A stretch of DNA of 64,000 nucleotides from Octopus sinensis (GCF_006345805.1 NC_042997.1:20522001-20586000); one strand, 5' to 3'; positions 1 through 13,170 are shown, counted from the first letter of the stretch. The notes: a model not told the origin generated them from the sequence alone. A program made the numbers and translations.

Positions 1-559
1 ATAAAAGACAAACAAAATATTTTCATGAAAATACACCATAAAAATCAGGGCATTTAAAATAGAATTTAAATGTGTCAATAAACGTGCTGGTATGAAAGGT
101 GGCATATTTTTAATGTGTATTGTGTGTTAATACACATTTTTATATGTGAGAGATATTTGTCTAATGTTAATAATCAGCAAAAGCATGAAAAAAATCGCTC
201 ATCATCCGGTCTTTAAGTGAGGTTTGTAAGTTCAAAGTATCATGTATTTGTTATTTGTGAAAGTGCATGTATTTTGATAGGACAAAAGGCATAATTTATG
301 ATATAAGATTAAATTCTGTTGACAAAACATGCCTCTGTTGATCATGTTAGCAAAAATATGATGCATGAAATGGAATACCATAATTAGTAGCATTTGTTTG
401 TGATTTGTGTGAGATTGAAGCTGGCAATCTATTAAGTACGTTGTTCAATTAATCTGTAATAAATCTTTGATTCTAGGATTTCATAAAGGACCAAAGATTC
501 CAGAAAGTAGTTAGTCAATTCAGCTCTTTAGTGGAATTAGGATAATCAGTAGTAGCTAA

Positions 560-2615
560 AGGTTATGGAAAAGAATGGGAAGCAAAGAATCATGTTAGAA
601 AGATAAAAAGGAAGCATGACACCAGGTTTACCTAGCTAGGACAGAAGCAAAAAGGAAGAGGTTTGCTAATGGCCTACAGTGTGAAGATCGGAGACTTGAG
701 GTGTTCCAGATTGTGTCAAAGAGAATCAAGATATTGTGATATTGTGGGAGAGAAGTATGTGCAGATGGATAATGGTATGCTTGCACTTAGTGACCCAGAC
801 AAGAAAAAGGTGTGGAAGAATTACTATGCAAAACTATTGAATGTGAAGAATGAATGGGGTAAAGGGAATCTCCCTCATATGAACCCACAGAGGGACCAGC
901 TATCCTAGTAGCTAGCAGTATGGTAGATAAGGCAATTAAAGATATAAGAACAGGGAAAGTCCTTGGTCTATCTGGAATCACTGCTGAGATCCTCAAAATA
1001 TCTGGTAAAGTAGGATACAAGATAGTCAGCCATATACTTAATCAGGTTATTTAGGAAGGCATAACACTGGTGTGGTAGCATTATTGTTAGCTGCTACAAG
1101 GGTAAGGGAGATGCCTCAGATAGAAGCAATTATAGAGGCATGAAACTCCTGAACCAGGTGATGAAAATTATGGAGAGAGTTACAGCCTAATTAATTAGGA
1201 GCAGAATTAGGCTAGTTAAAATGCAATTCGGCTTAACCCCTGGGAGAAGCAATATTAAGGCTAGTTTCATTGTCAGGCAGCTGCAAGAGAAGTACTTAGC
1301 TAAGAATAAACCATTATACTTGACACTCATTGATCTTGCGAAAGACTTCAACAGAGTACCCTGCTGTGTGATATAGTGTTCTCTGTAGGAGCTCAGGGTT
1401 GATGAGAGGCTGGTGAAAGCTGTACAGGCAATGTACGGAGATACTGTTAGTAAGGTGAGAGTTAACCACGAGTACAGCTCAGTCTTAACCACAAGCATTC
1501 AAGGCTCAGTCTTTGTACCTTCCTGTTCATCATTGTCCTCTAGGTCATAACAAAGGAATTAAAAACCAGCAGCCCCTGAAAACAGCTATATGCTCATGAT
1601 ATTTCCCTCATAGCAGATTCTATATCAAAATTAGAAAAGAAATTCCAGGTGTGGAAGCAAAACCTGGCAGGAATTCTATATGGTGAACTAAGTGTAAGCT
1701 ACCGACATACAAAAGGTGCAGTGGAATAATAGGAAGGTCACCAGAAAAGGTAGTGTTCATATGTGGAAAATGAGCATTTGAGCCATAAAAACTACAAACA
1801 CTCAGGAATTTGATTTTTTCAATTCAGAGACTCATAGAGGTAGCAGATAATTTCTGCTACATAGAGGATCAAATTAGTAGTGGGGGAGGATGTACAGAAA
1901 GTGTGTTAGCGAGTAGAAGAATAGGATGGAGAAAATTCAGAGAGCTTCTTTCTCTGTTGGCAGCCAAATGTTTCTCTCTCCAAGTGAAAGGAAGATTGTA
2001 TGATGCATGTATATGGACTACAATTCTACATGGCAGTGAGATATGGACCTTGAATGCAGAGGACATGCAAAGGCTAGAGAGGAATGAGACTAGTTTGCTC
2101 TTCTGGATGTAGAATGTAGGTGTACAAGTTCGACAGTGCTGATATATTGAGAGAGAAGTTAGGCATAAGAGGAATTAGATGAAATTCTAAGAGAGAAGAC
2201 TGTGTCGGTTTGGTCATCTGATGTTGATGGAAACTGACAGCTCCACAGAAATGTGCTGATCTCTCAAAGTGGATGGAACACACAAAAGAGGGAGTCCCAG
2301 GAAGACATGGAATGAAGTACTGAAGGACACCCTCAGGACACTGAGCATTTCAGATGAGATGACAAAGCACTGAGATACCTGCTGTCTTGCACCCTTCCAC
2401 CACAGCAGAAATGTTATGGACACATCCCCTGATGAAGTGGATTCGCTTTGCAAGAGCCATGCTCTGGTGCCACGTAAAAAGCTCTTTTTCAGTGTCATAT
2501 AAAAGCACTCATGCCAGTGCAATGTTAAAAGCACCTAGTGCACACTGTAAAGTGGTTGGTGTTAGGAAGGGCACCCAGCAGTAGAAATCAAACCAAATCA
2601 AACTAGAACCTGGCA
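560..2615 (+). mobile_element. Decayed RTE-clade LINE (ORF2 RT remnant plus start of 3' UTR)
   Basis: Interrupted frames give KVWKNYYAKLLNVKNEW, YRGMKLLNQVMKIMERV, QFGLTPGRS..FIVRQLQEKYLAKNKPLYLTLIDLAKDFNRVP, LYAHDI (YADD-like), then YIEDQISSGGGCTESV..GWRKFRELL..KGRLYDACI. The 3' UTR motif ggttggtgttaggaagggcacccagc is at ~2555-2580. Many stops and frameshifts. Confidence 0.9.
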
Positions 2616-3240
2616 GGTCTTGACAGATACGTTTATATCGATTGGGACAGTCATATCAATGAGGAGGCATGATTTTTGTTGAAGTCTTTTAACATAATGT
2701 CTGGTCTATTTGCATCTATCTTTCTATCAGTTTGAATGATGAAGTTCCAGAGGAGTGAGATGTGATCATTTTCAAGCACTGGAGGAAGTTTGTGTTCCCA
2801 CCAGTTTTTATCATGTGACAGGTCCAGATTTTTGCAAATTACCTAGTGAATATATTGTGCTGCACTATCATGCCTGTCGAGATACTCTGTGGGCACAAGG
2901 AGACTGCACATGGAGGCAACATGATCAATGGTTTCATTTTGTTGTTGACATACACAACATGTTGGGCTGCCTACACAATCCTATGCTAATGTTCTTTATT
3001 TCATTGCTAAGTATACGTAGAATGCAAAGGTCAACCTTGCTCCCCATAGCAACATAAATAGTTAATTGCCATTCGTTTTCCCCCAGTATGTATTAACACG
3101 GAAAGTATTATGTTTGAATTCATTATGATGGCAATTCTGTCCTTGGTAATGCTTAACTGAACTCAAGTGCTTGTAGGAAGAGATTTCTTGGAGTAAATAA
3201 TATCATATGACATATCAAAGCGACCTCAAACCTAAACCAA
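2616..3240 (-). mobile_element. R4/Dong-like (RLE) non-LTR retrotransposon C-terminal fragment
   Basis: Minus strand reads CCVCQQQNETIDHVASMC (CCHC knuckle), then YLDRHD..WWEHKLPPVLENDHISLLWNFIIQTDRKIDANRPDIMLKDFNKKSCLLIDMTVPIDIN (PD..D restriction-like endonuclease), with one internal stop. Confidence 0.85.
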
Positions 3241-3361
3241 TAGATATGCAGAAGTATGATAATTGAATAGTTTAAGAAAATTAAAGACAAGCTCAAAATA
3301 CAAATTCATTCAGTTTTACGTTGAGATTTACCTTGAACTCAAACATCTTCTGTTCATCCAT

Positions 3362-3576
3362 CATACATATATGTACGTAAGTACGTACGTATGTATGTAT
3401 GTATGTATGTATGTATGTATGTATGTATGTATGTATGTATGTATGTATGTATGTTTGTACGTATGTACGTATGTATGCATGCATGAATGCATGTATGTAT
3501 GCATACATACATGTATATATATACATATATATATATACACATACATATATACACACATATATATATATATATATAG
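3362..3576. repeat. (TATG)n/(TA)n microsatellite
   Basis: Direct reading. Confidence 0.95.
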
Positions 3577-3627
3577 ATAGATAAATGAAAGAATGGAGTC
3601 GAATGACGATTTAACAAAATTCCTTTA

Positions 3628-3710
3628 TTCTCGACATATGTTTCGAAGACTGCATATTCTTAATTCCGAAGGAATAAAGGGTGCATTATGCCGTCTTCTC
3701 ATCAGGAAAG
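3628..3710 (-). ncRNA. Type I hammerhead ribozyme motif (intact core)
   Basis: Minus strand: TTTC-CTGATGA-GAAGAC[~42 nt]GTCTTC-GAAA-CATATG-TC^GAGA. Stem II is 6 bp, stem III is palindromic, stem I is short. Confidence 0.8.
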
Positions 3711-4225
3711 ACAAGGAACTTATGTCAGCATCATGACGAACAAAACTTTTAGATGACTGCCCACACGGAATCCATAGTGATAATGAGTGTTTCTTTAAAA
3801 TATTCCGTTATAAGCAGTGACGTCAACATTGGTTGGATGGATAAGATTCTAAAAAGTTCAAGAGTTCAAAAATGGTTGGAAGGGGCAGGTTCTAAGAATA
3901 GGGGGTGACAGAGTGCAAGTCGTATGTATGGTGATGCATTGTTGTTTGCTTTTGCCAATGAGATTGAGTGCCTATGTGTGCGTATGTATATAACTGCATT
4001 CGTGTCTATGTGTGTGTATATCTGTCACCCCCCCTATTCTTAGAACCTGCCCCTTCCAACCATTTTTGAACTCTTGAACTTTTTAGAATCTTATCCATCC
4101 AACCAATGTTGACGTCACTGCTTATAACGGAATATTTTAAAGAAACACTCATTATCACTATGGACTCCGTGTGAGCAGTCATCTAAAAGTTTTTGTTCGT
4201 CATGATGCTGACATAAGTTCCATCT

Positions 4226-4308
4226 CTTTCCTAATGAGAAGACAGCATAATGCACCCTTTATTCCTTCAGAATTAAGAATATGCAGTCTTCGAAACATAT
4301 GTCGAGAA
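4226..4308 (+). ncRNA. Hammerhead motif, core-mutated copy (CTAATGA)
   Basis: Mirror copy of 3628-3710 with a G5>A change at 4233. Confidence 0.6.
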
Positions 4309-4505
4309 TAAAGGAATTTTGTTAAATCGTCGTTCGACTCCATTCTTTCATTTATCTATAGTAAAAAAACACACAAATTTCCACACGAAAGCACTTGATT
4401 TCTGCCCTTGGCATGTAGCTTCAACCGTGCTTTCTAACGTAAATTTGCTACCCGGGTATCGGTTAACCGAATTATCCATACTAGGATAATTCATTCAACT
4501 ACTTA

Positions 4506-4508
<3 letters not shown>

Positions 4509-4547
<39 letters not shown>

Positions 4548-4641
4548 ATATGTATGCATATACATACATATACTTATATATATATAATATATATATATAT
4601 ATAGATATATATAAGTACATACATGCATATGTATATATATA

Positions 4642-4698
<57 letters not shown>

Positions 4699-4805
4699 AC
4701 ATATTTATATATATATATATATACATATTTATATATATATGCTCATACATACATATATATATATATATACACACATGTGTATGTGTATATATATATATAT
4801 ATACC
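4509..4805. repeat. (TA)n microsatellite
   Basis: Direct reading. Confidence 0.95.
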
Positions 4806-5454
4806 TTTTTGCATAAGAAACTGAAAATGGATAAAAATTCACGTACAGATGTTTTTTTTTTAAAGACATTCAAATTCATACATAGAAATTCCTACCTACA
4901 GCTGTTTCTATGCACAATTCTTTAATTTCAGAAATAAAATTCCATTTTCAATCCAGTGAATTGGATATATCCTCAGGGAGAATTTCAAAAGGAAGTTATT
5001 TTACAACGTGTAGGCTAACCTACGACAAACTCAGAAGTGTTTGTTTTTTCTTAGCACAAGCATTCCGTGATTGTCACGTATATACAAAAATGAACACATT
5101 CAACACATTCTTGCTCTTGCCAATATGATACATAACAGTTCATTGATGGTGTTATGATAGTTAAGATATAGACATTATCAAAAGAAAAAAATGGTAGATA
5201 AAACTAGTGAATAGGTGAGAATGTTGTAGATTAATAGAGAGAGCAGCTAGACACATCAATTTGTCGAGCATATGCCTGTCAATAATACTACAGATTAACA
5301 AAATATATCATATCAAATTCCACCCAACTCCACCCAAAAGTGCTACATCAATCAATGTTTACTCAAATACACGGTCTATATGTATCAAGTAAATACAAAC
5401 AGAACCCACATATTGCCAGATTTTACCTACAGAAAATCTATCTATATACACATA

Positions 5455-7050
5455 TTCCTAATCAGTTATCGGTCAGTGAATCAAACGCAATTTCATGCCT
5501 TTAACGATAATATCACTTCCCATCTGGTGACACTGATAGGAGCTGCCGGGAATATTGGACTGAGAACAGGCAAGCAATACATGGATATATCTTGACTAGC
5601 GTAACACCATCAACTTTAGTTCCTTGACTAATTAAATGTAATTGAATTATATATATATAATAGAAGTGGCTGTGTGGTAAGTAGTTTGCTTACCAACCAC
5701 ATGGTTCTGGGTTCAGTCCCACTGCGTGGCACCTTGGGCAAGTGTCTTCTACTATAGCTTCTACTATAAGACCAAAGCCTTGTGAGTGGATTTGGTAGAC
5801 GGAAACTGAAAGATGCCCGTCGTATATATGTATATATATATGTGTGTGTGTTTATGTTTGTGTGTCTGTGTTTGTCCCCTCAGCATCGCTTGACAACCGA
5901 TGCTGGTGTGCTTACATCCCAGTAACTTAGCGGTTCAGCGAAAGAGGCCGATGGAATAAGTACTGAGCTTACAAAGAATAAGTCTTGGGGTCGATTTGCT
6001 CGACTAAAAAGGCGGTGCTCCAGCATGGCCGCAGTCGAATGACTGAAACAAGTAAAAGAGTAAAAGGGTATATGCACAAATGAAAAGCAGACACAGACGA
6101 ACAGAAAACAGACACAGTAGGTCACCAATTCTTCATCAGTTATTAGTTAGTGATTCAAATATCATTTATGATAATATTTTACGATAATATTGTTTTTCAT
6201 CTGGTGGCTCTAACTGGAGCTGCCAGGAATATGGAACCGACAAACAGTACACAGGATTTCCCTCTTAGCATTACCCGTACTTCACCTTCAAGCCCTAAGG
6301 TTACATTTTGTTTGTTTATCCTTTACATTAATTAATGCAATGCATCCTTGGTTTTATTTACAGTGAGTTGTTTATATATTCGTGCAACTTCTATTTGTAG
6401 TTTTTCGTCTTTTTCCTCTTTTCACTCTCTGTCTTTTCCTTTCTGTCTCTTACTCTCTCTCTTGCTCTTTTTCTCTTCTGCTTTCTGTTTCTCTCTCTGC
6501 CTGATATCAACACGTGGTCAGCCTTTTTTTTTTTTACTTTTTCCCTTTTCACATCAGCCATTGAAGCAACTGGTCATAATTTCTGTAGTCGCTACTTCAA
6601 CATGCTTCGCTGTCTGTTGCACTTCTGTTCCAATCCTTTAGGATTTCCCTCTTAGCATTACCCGTGCTTTGCCTTCATCTCGCCCATCATCTTGAATTAC
6701 ATTTATTCATTTTCTTATATTCACTTCTGTATCACTTGTTATCCACATATTATTTGTCTGTCCTCAGTCCAATATTCTCAGCAGCTCCTGCCGGTGCCAC
6801 CAGATGGGAAGCGATATTATCGTTAAAGGCATGAAGTTATGTTTAACTCACTGAGCGATAACTGACGAGGAATTGGGACCTTCTGTGTCTGTTTTCCATT
6901 CATCTGTGCATTTACTATAATTTACTATATGTTTTTCAACTTGCCACCATCCTGTGTGCTTTTCGTTTGTGCATTTCCTATGCGTTAACTTTTTAATCAA
7001 TGGAATGCAACGCACCTTTGGTTTTATTTACAGTAAGTTGTTTACATATA
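5455..7050. mobile_element. Patchwork of an old PLE-like repeat (direct and inverted fragments), interrupted by a SINE
   Basis: 5455-5595 and 6070-6240 are reverse-complement relatives of 6735-6980. ggatttccctcttagcattacccgt recurs at ~6254 and ~6641. Only half HHR cores remain (CTGACGA ~6862; CTGATGA on minus ~6133). Confidence 0.5.
5662..6066 (+). mobile_element. tRNA-derived SINE family A (CORE-like)
   Basis: A box gtggctgtgtggt, B box ggttcagtccc, ccttgggcaagtgtctt core, internal (TG)n, tail cagcatggccgcagtc..gactgaaacaagtaaaagag. Confidence 0.85.
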
Positions 7051-7065
7051 TATATGTGTATGTAT

Positions 7066-7106
<41 letters not shown>

Positions 7107-7110
7107 CACA

Positions 7111-7795
7111 CACATTATTTACATTATTTACATTGGACGGATATGTGTCCTCATCTTGTTAGTTGTTACCACAATGTTTCGGTTGATTTACTCTCCAGCC
7201 TTCATCAGGTGACCTGGTAGAATTTCGAACACAACCCTGGCGGTTTTACTCGAAGGAGATATCTGCAAAGTGTTGTATTACTTTTGAATACTGTCCTATC
7301 ACATGGACCGCATATCATTTGTATTTTTTCTGTGAGGCCTACGGTAGACAGACTGTGGTCAATTTATGGGTTTCATCCTCTCTTCTCATCTTAATTGGAG
7401 TGGATAGTATGTTTTTGAATAGCTGTTACTCAATAGATTGTTACATAGCTTGATCATTTCTTCATGATGTGTATCAGGATCACTTCTTATATTCTTTGCT
7501 CAATGTTTTAGGCACTCTCTTTACACTGTATGGATGGTGGGAATTGAAGTTGAGGTATCATCCAGTGAAGTTTGGCTTGCAGTGTATGGATGTCATGAAC
7601 CTATACTTAGTGCATGTTATTAATACATCCAGGATTGCGAGCTGATTGTTTGTTTTCTTCCCCATTGTGAACTGTATGGATGGTTTTATTGAGTTCACAT
7701 GCTCTAGCAGTACTTAGAATCTTCCTGGTGGGGCCAGAGTATAAAGGTTTCATCAACGTATCGAAACCAAACGGTTGGCTTTAGTGGTGTTGATC
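7111..7795 (-). mobile_element. Poseidon-type Penelope RT/thumb remnant joined to an HHR-bearing pLTR
   Basis: Minus strand reads KPTVWFRYVDETFILWPHQ, HVNSIKPSIQFTM..LAILDVLI, YLNFNSHHPYSVK and GLTEKIQMICGP..TVFKSNTTLCRYLLRVKPP. The pLTR at 7111-7230 matches 42521-42670. Confidence 0.8.
7169..7212 (-). ncRNA. Minimal hammerhead motif (degenerate)
   Basis: TCAC-CTGATGA-A-GGCTG..CAACC-GAAA-CA-TT^GTGG. Confidence 0.55.
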
Positions 7796-8052
7796 TTAAA
7801 GAATTCCAAATCTCTAAAATATAGAACAGTATTATCTTATCAGTATGGAGCCGACATTAGACTTCAATGGAGACATACAGAGAAACTCCATCAGAAACTA
7901 GCTCGTCTTTCAAACCATCTAACCTTGCTGTGTAGATGATGAAATTTAATATGTACTCAAAGTATGAAGTGTCATTGTTGGGCCAAGGCCCAATGAAGAG
8001 CCCTGCACAGGAGCTGACTTAAAAGCTGCCCAATAGGGTGGTTTTTAAGCTA

Positions 8053-8105
<53 letters not shown>

Positions 8106-8115
8106 AATATGCGCG

Positions 8116-8164
<49 letters not shown>

Positions 8165-10444
8165 GTATGCATATATTTATAGGGCTTCTGGAGATTGTCA
8201 CCAAAATGAAAAACGGTGACCTCATTATTGAGGCCAACAATTTAATGGAGATATTAGAGAACATTGTAAGGAGTTTGCTGGAATTCATGTAAGGGATGAA
8301 CCTGAGTTAGTAAGTTTAAAGAAGAGACTCCTTTTAAACCCGATGGGTACAGACTTCAATTTATTTCATAAATACATTAAAATTTCAAGATAAAAGGACA
8401 GCTACCATTAATTTCAAATTCTAGTGAAAGCCCAGTTTCCTTCAAGTTGTGTAGGCCATTCATTTTGACAACAATTAAAAAACTGTCAGTGATCTGAAGA
8501 AGCTCTTGCTTGCCTTCTATGCATGCAAACAGGAAATTTACAACTGGATCAAAATTGTAAATAGTTTAAATTTATACAAACACTCATACACACATGCACA
8601 CACAGCTTTCTTCTCATTTTAGTGAAAGGTTTCTAATATGAGAGAGACTTTGCAATATTTCTAGGAGGTCAAGAAAACAGCTGAGGATTCTGGAGGGTTC
8701 AGTCCACTGCTATGAGTTATTGGAGTTTTGATTGATGAGTAATCTATCAGCTATGAGTCTAATGTACCTAGGATGAATAGGACCAAACACTTATTAATAA
8801 TTAATGCATGATAGTTTAATCACGAAAATATACTAATTATATAGATAGATTTAATTAAAAACAATTGAGTCACATTTACATGAGATAAATATATAATGAC
8901 TAATTTAATAGCTTATAAAATTAGGAGAGGTGTTTACAAATGATAATAAGTCTCTGTTTTTAATCATATCCAAAATATGCCTTGAAAGAGCAAATTTTAC
9001 AAAAATTATTGCTTACAGTAATAATGAATAAAATCCCTTTAACAATAATTAGTATGCTGGTGGTAGCATAAAAGTTGAGTTGAATGTAAATTCTTACTCA
9101 ATGTGTAGTGTTTAGAATAGATTAGAATTAAAAGACTTGCTGAAAGCTAAGCATATGAAGTTAATGTTGCCAGTATTGAATGATTGTCTTAATTATTATA
9201 AATGAATATTTGGCTCTTCATTTGTCTTCATCAGTAATGTATTCAGTCACCTATGGATTTTTTCTATATCCAAAAAGCTCAGACTGAACAGATTTGCTAA
9301 TTTTTCTGCTGAAATTATTTTCTGTGTTATCTTGATTTGGGATCAGCAAAATATTCAAAATTTGCATAGACATTTTCTTTTAATATGCAGAAATCAGTGA
9401 TAAGTAGAATTAAATTTGTAGCTTCACTTGATTTCTTTTGTGTTATAGTGCAAAGTCAAGGAGTCATTGCCCCAAACAATTGTATCCCTCTGAAGCTGAA
9501 GAGCTCTTGATCATTTTGAATTTAATTTCCATTTTCAATGTAAAATTTCTCACTGTTTTTCCCTGCAGCAGCTCTTAGAAAATCTTTATAGAGTCACAGC
9601 ATATCAATCATATTTTGTTTCGAGCAAAACAATAAATCATTTGCATACACTCAGAAATCAGTCTTTCTAAATAATTTGGACGATCATCTATGTTTGTCAA
9701 AAGAACTTGTAACAAAAGAAACTAGTTTCCTCCTCTTGGTTCAGAGTAAATCTAAAATTGATTCGAAACAAGAAACAAGAAGCTAATAACAGAAGGCAAA
9801 AATCCAATGCCCTTCTTGCATCTTTTTTTTAATTTAAATTTGAAAATGCTAATGACACAAGTGGAGAGCTGACAGGATACTTTGTCATGCACACACTTCT
9901 GATGATCAAATATCAGTTCAAATTCTTCAAAAATTGACTTTGAATTTTAGCTACTGTTTGTGTAACAATGTAACAAGAATCCATTGAATTTGTTACATCT
10001 CCTCTCCTTATGAAATTGGCTTTTTTTCTAGTCAGTAAAAACAAAAAAATCTTTCTTTTTCTCATATTTCAAGAGTTGACAATCATAAATGAAATATAAT
10101 TATATTTGATATTTATACATTTCATACATACCTGCCTGTGCAATATTACAATGCAGTAAAATCTCTTAACGAATTAATCGTAGTGATGCTGTATAATCCA
10201 TTGGGTTGCTTTTAATACTTCATATAAATATACATATACACACACATGTGTGTGTGTGTGTGTCTGTATATATACAGAAATACAAATCTCTCAAATCTCT
10301 GGGCCTGATGAGTTATTTCCATGGACAAGACTTAAGTTGCATAGACCCAAATCAAACTGTCACTAAATATATAATTCCTGCCAAATCTGCTGAGTCCCAC
10401 TTTTTTTCATTGTCCACTCACTCGTACATATGTATATATATTTT

Positions 10445-10840
10445 TCATTTACCTGTTTCAGTTATTTGACTGCAGCCATGCTGGGGTACCATCTTGAGTG
10501 GAGTTTAGTAGCAAATCCACCCCAGGACTTACTTTTTAAAGCCTAGTACTTATTCTATTAATCCTTTTTTGCTGAATTGCTAAGTTACAGGGAGCTAAAC
10601 ACACCAACACCAGTTGTCAAGTAGTAGTGGGGAACAAACACAGACACAAAACACGCATACATAGATATATACATATATATATATATATATGATGGGTTTG
10701 TTTCAGTTTCCATTTACAAAATCCCCTCACAAGACTTTGGTCAGCCCAAGGCTATAGGAGAAGGCACTTAGCAAAGGTGCCACATTGTAGGACTAAACCC
10801 AGAACCACATGGCTGGGAAGTAACCTTCTTACCACACAGT
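10445..10840 (-). mobile_element. SINE family A
   Basis: Reverse-complement match to 5662-6066. Confidence 0.8.
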
Positions 10841-10894
10841 ACATATATATGTGTGTGTGTGAGTGCATGTGTATGTGTGTGTGTGTATGCATAT

Positions 10895-11640
10895 ATCATC
10901 ATCATCATTTAACGTTCACTTTCCATGCTGGCATGGATTGGATAGTTTGACTGAAAATGGGCAAGCCGGCCGGTGGGTGGGGTGCACCAGGTTGCAGTCT
11001 GATTTGGCAAGGTTTCTATGGCTGGATGCCCTTCCTAACACCAATCACTCTAAGAGTGTAATGGGTGCTCTTTTACATGTCATCAGCACGGGTGCCATTG
11101 ACCTGATACTGGCATGAGCCATGACTATGGTTTCACTTGGCTTGACAATTTAACACAAGCACAGTATATCACCAAGGGTCTTGGTCACCTAACTCTACCT
11201 CCATGAGGTCCAACGTTCAAATGGTGCTTTTTACGTGCCACCAGTATGGGTGCCAGTCAGACAGCACCAGCATTGGCCACAACTACGATTTCACTTGGTT
11301 CAACAGGTCTTCACGAGCACAGCATATCACCCAACGATTGAAGGGTGCTCTTAATGGGTCAGTTATTCAACAATGGCATTGGCCACAGCTACAATCTGAT
11401 TCGACTTAATGTCACTGTCTCCACGAGGCCCAGTGCACAAATGGTGATTTTTACATGTCACCAACATGGGTGCCTGTCAGACAGCACTGGCATCTCCCAC
11501 GACTATGATTTCACTAGTTCAACAGGTCTTCTCAAGCACAGCTTATCACCCAATGACTGAAGGCTGCTTTTAAAGGGCCAGTTAAATAACAATGATCTCA
11601 CTTGGCTTGACAGGTCTTCTCAAGCATGGCATGTTCCAAG
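10895..11640 (-). mobile_element. Non-autonomous RTE-tail element with internal duplications
   Basis: (CAT)n tail, gctggatgcccttcctaac motif, repeated ggtgctttttacgtgccacc modules. The same 3' end terminates the RTE LINE at 43305-44577. Confidence 0.75.
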
Positions 11641-11769
11641 TGTGAATTTGTCTGTGTTAACTACATCCCAAAGATGGAGCCTTGTATCTTTGTTGGAAAC
11701 CAGCTCCCTCCTCTGGAAGATTCATAATAATTAAAAAATAGGAGAGACATACTTATACATATATATATA

Positions 11770-12255
11770 CCATCATTATCATCATTTAATGTCCATTGTC
11801 CATACTGACATAGGTTGGACAGTTTGACCAGGGATAGTAAACTGAAGGGTTGCATCAGACTTAAGTCTGATATGGCATGGTTTCTACAGCTGGATGCGCT
11901 TCCTAACTCCAACCACCCCAAGCACCAGTTACGTGACACCAGCACCAGCCATATTGCCTCCATGAGGCCAAACGCTCGAATGGTGTTTTTACATGCCACC
12001 AGCATGGGTGCTAGTTACATCACACTGGCGTCTTCCTAATTGCCTCTGTGAGGCCCAATGCTTGAATGGTGATTTTTAAGTGCCTCCAGCATGGGTGCTA
12101 GTTACGTAACACCAACATCAGTCACATTGCCCCTGTGAGGCTTAATACTCAAATGGTACATTTTATGTGCCCCCAGTATGTGTGCCAGTTATGTGACACA
12201 GGCATCGGCCACATTTCTTCCATAAGGCCCAACACTTGAATGGTCCTTTTTACAA
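11770..12255 (-). mobile_element. RTE-tail element with four ~86-bp tandem units (11926-12250)
   Basis: Units start cYagttac at ~11926, 12011, 12098 and 12185. Confidence 0.75.
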
Positions 12256-12349
12256 GTCTATCTGGCTCTACTTTTCTCTTTATATATGATGTTATATATG
12301 CATACATATATGTGTACATATATATATATTCATATACATAAATATTTTT

Positions 12350-12588
12350 TTATTCTGTTACATACTTCAGTCATTTGACTGTGGCCATGCTGGAGCACTG
12401 CCTTAAAGGGTTTTAGCCCATGAAATTGACAAGCTTCTCTCAGTTTTTGTCTTCTAAATTGACTCACAAGACTTTGGTTGGGGCCTAGAGTATAGTTGAA
12501 AACACTCACCAAAATTGTCATGCACTGGGAATGAACCCAGAACTATGTAGAACGGAAGCAAGCTTCTTACCACATGACTACACCTGCA

Positions 12589-12590
<2 letters not shown>
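12350..12590 (-). mobile_element. SINE family A, internally deleted
   Basis: Tail and head present, middle missing. Confidence 0.7.
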
Positions 12591-12638
<48 letters not shown>

Positions 12639-12889
12639 CATACATACATATATATATATAGGTCCAGGTGTGAAGGCATATGATTAGGGTATTGCATTTG
12701 TGAATGTAATATTGTGTTCTTAAGCAAAACATTTCATTTCATGGTCCCAGTCTACTTAGCTCACATGAGTAATCCTGTAATGGACCAGTGTCCCATCATG
12801 GGGGGAAATATATATGCCACAGAATCCAGGTAACCAGCCTTATGAGCCAATGGATTTGGGAAGGACAATTGATCCTTCTTTGATAGGGA

Positions 12890-13170
12890 CTTGCATGGTT
12901 ATGTGGTAAGAAGTATATATTCCTCAACCACATGTTTTGGGTTAAATCCCACTGCATGGTACCTCAAGCAAGTGCCTTCTAGTATAGCCCTAGACTGACC
13001 AAAGAGTTATAGATGCATTTGGTAGCTGGAAACTGAAAGATCATCATATATATATGTGTGTGTGTCCTTGTATTTTAGTGTGTGCCTCCACCACTTGACA
13101 AACATTTTGATTACATCCCCATAACTTAGTTGTCCCACAAAGAGACTGATAGAAGAAGTACCAATCTTAC
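12890..13170 (+). mobile_element. SINE family A, diverged
   Basis: Similarity to 5662-6066. Confidence 0.65.

Larger units (their letters stand above)
3577..4508. mobile_element. Penelope-like fold-back insertion: inverted pLTR arms 3577-3912 and 4021-4359, hairpin-rich tail 4360-4508
   Basis: The ~335-bp arms are near-perfect reverse complements, each carries an HHR motif, and the element sits between TA-rich microsatellites. Confidence 0.8.

Noticed and set aside
8950-9800. Possible ancient hAT transposase remnant
   Set aside because: Only a vague resemblance; no TIRs or convincing motifs.
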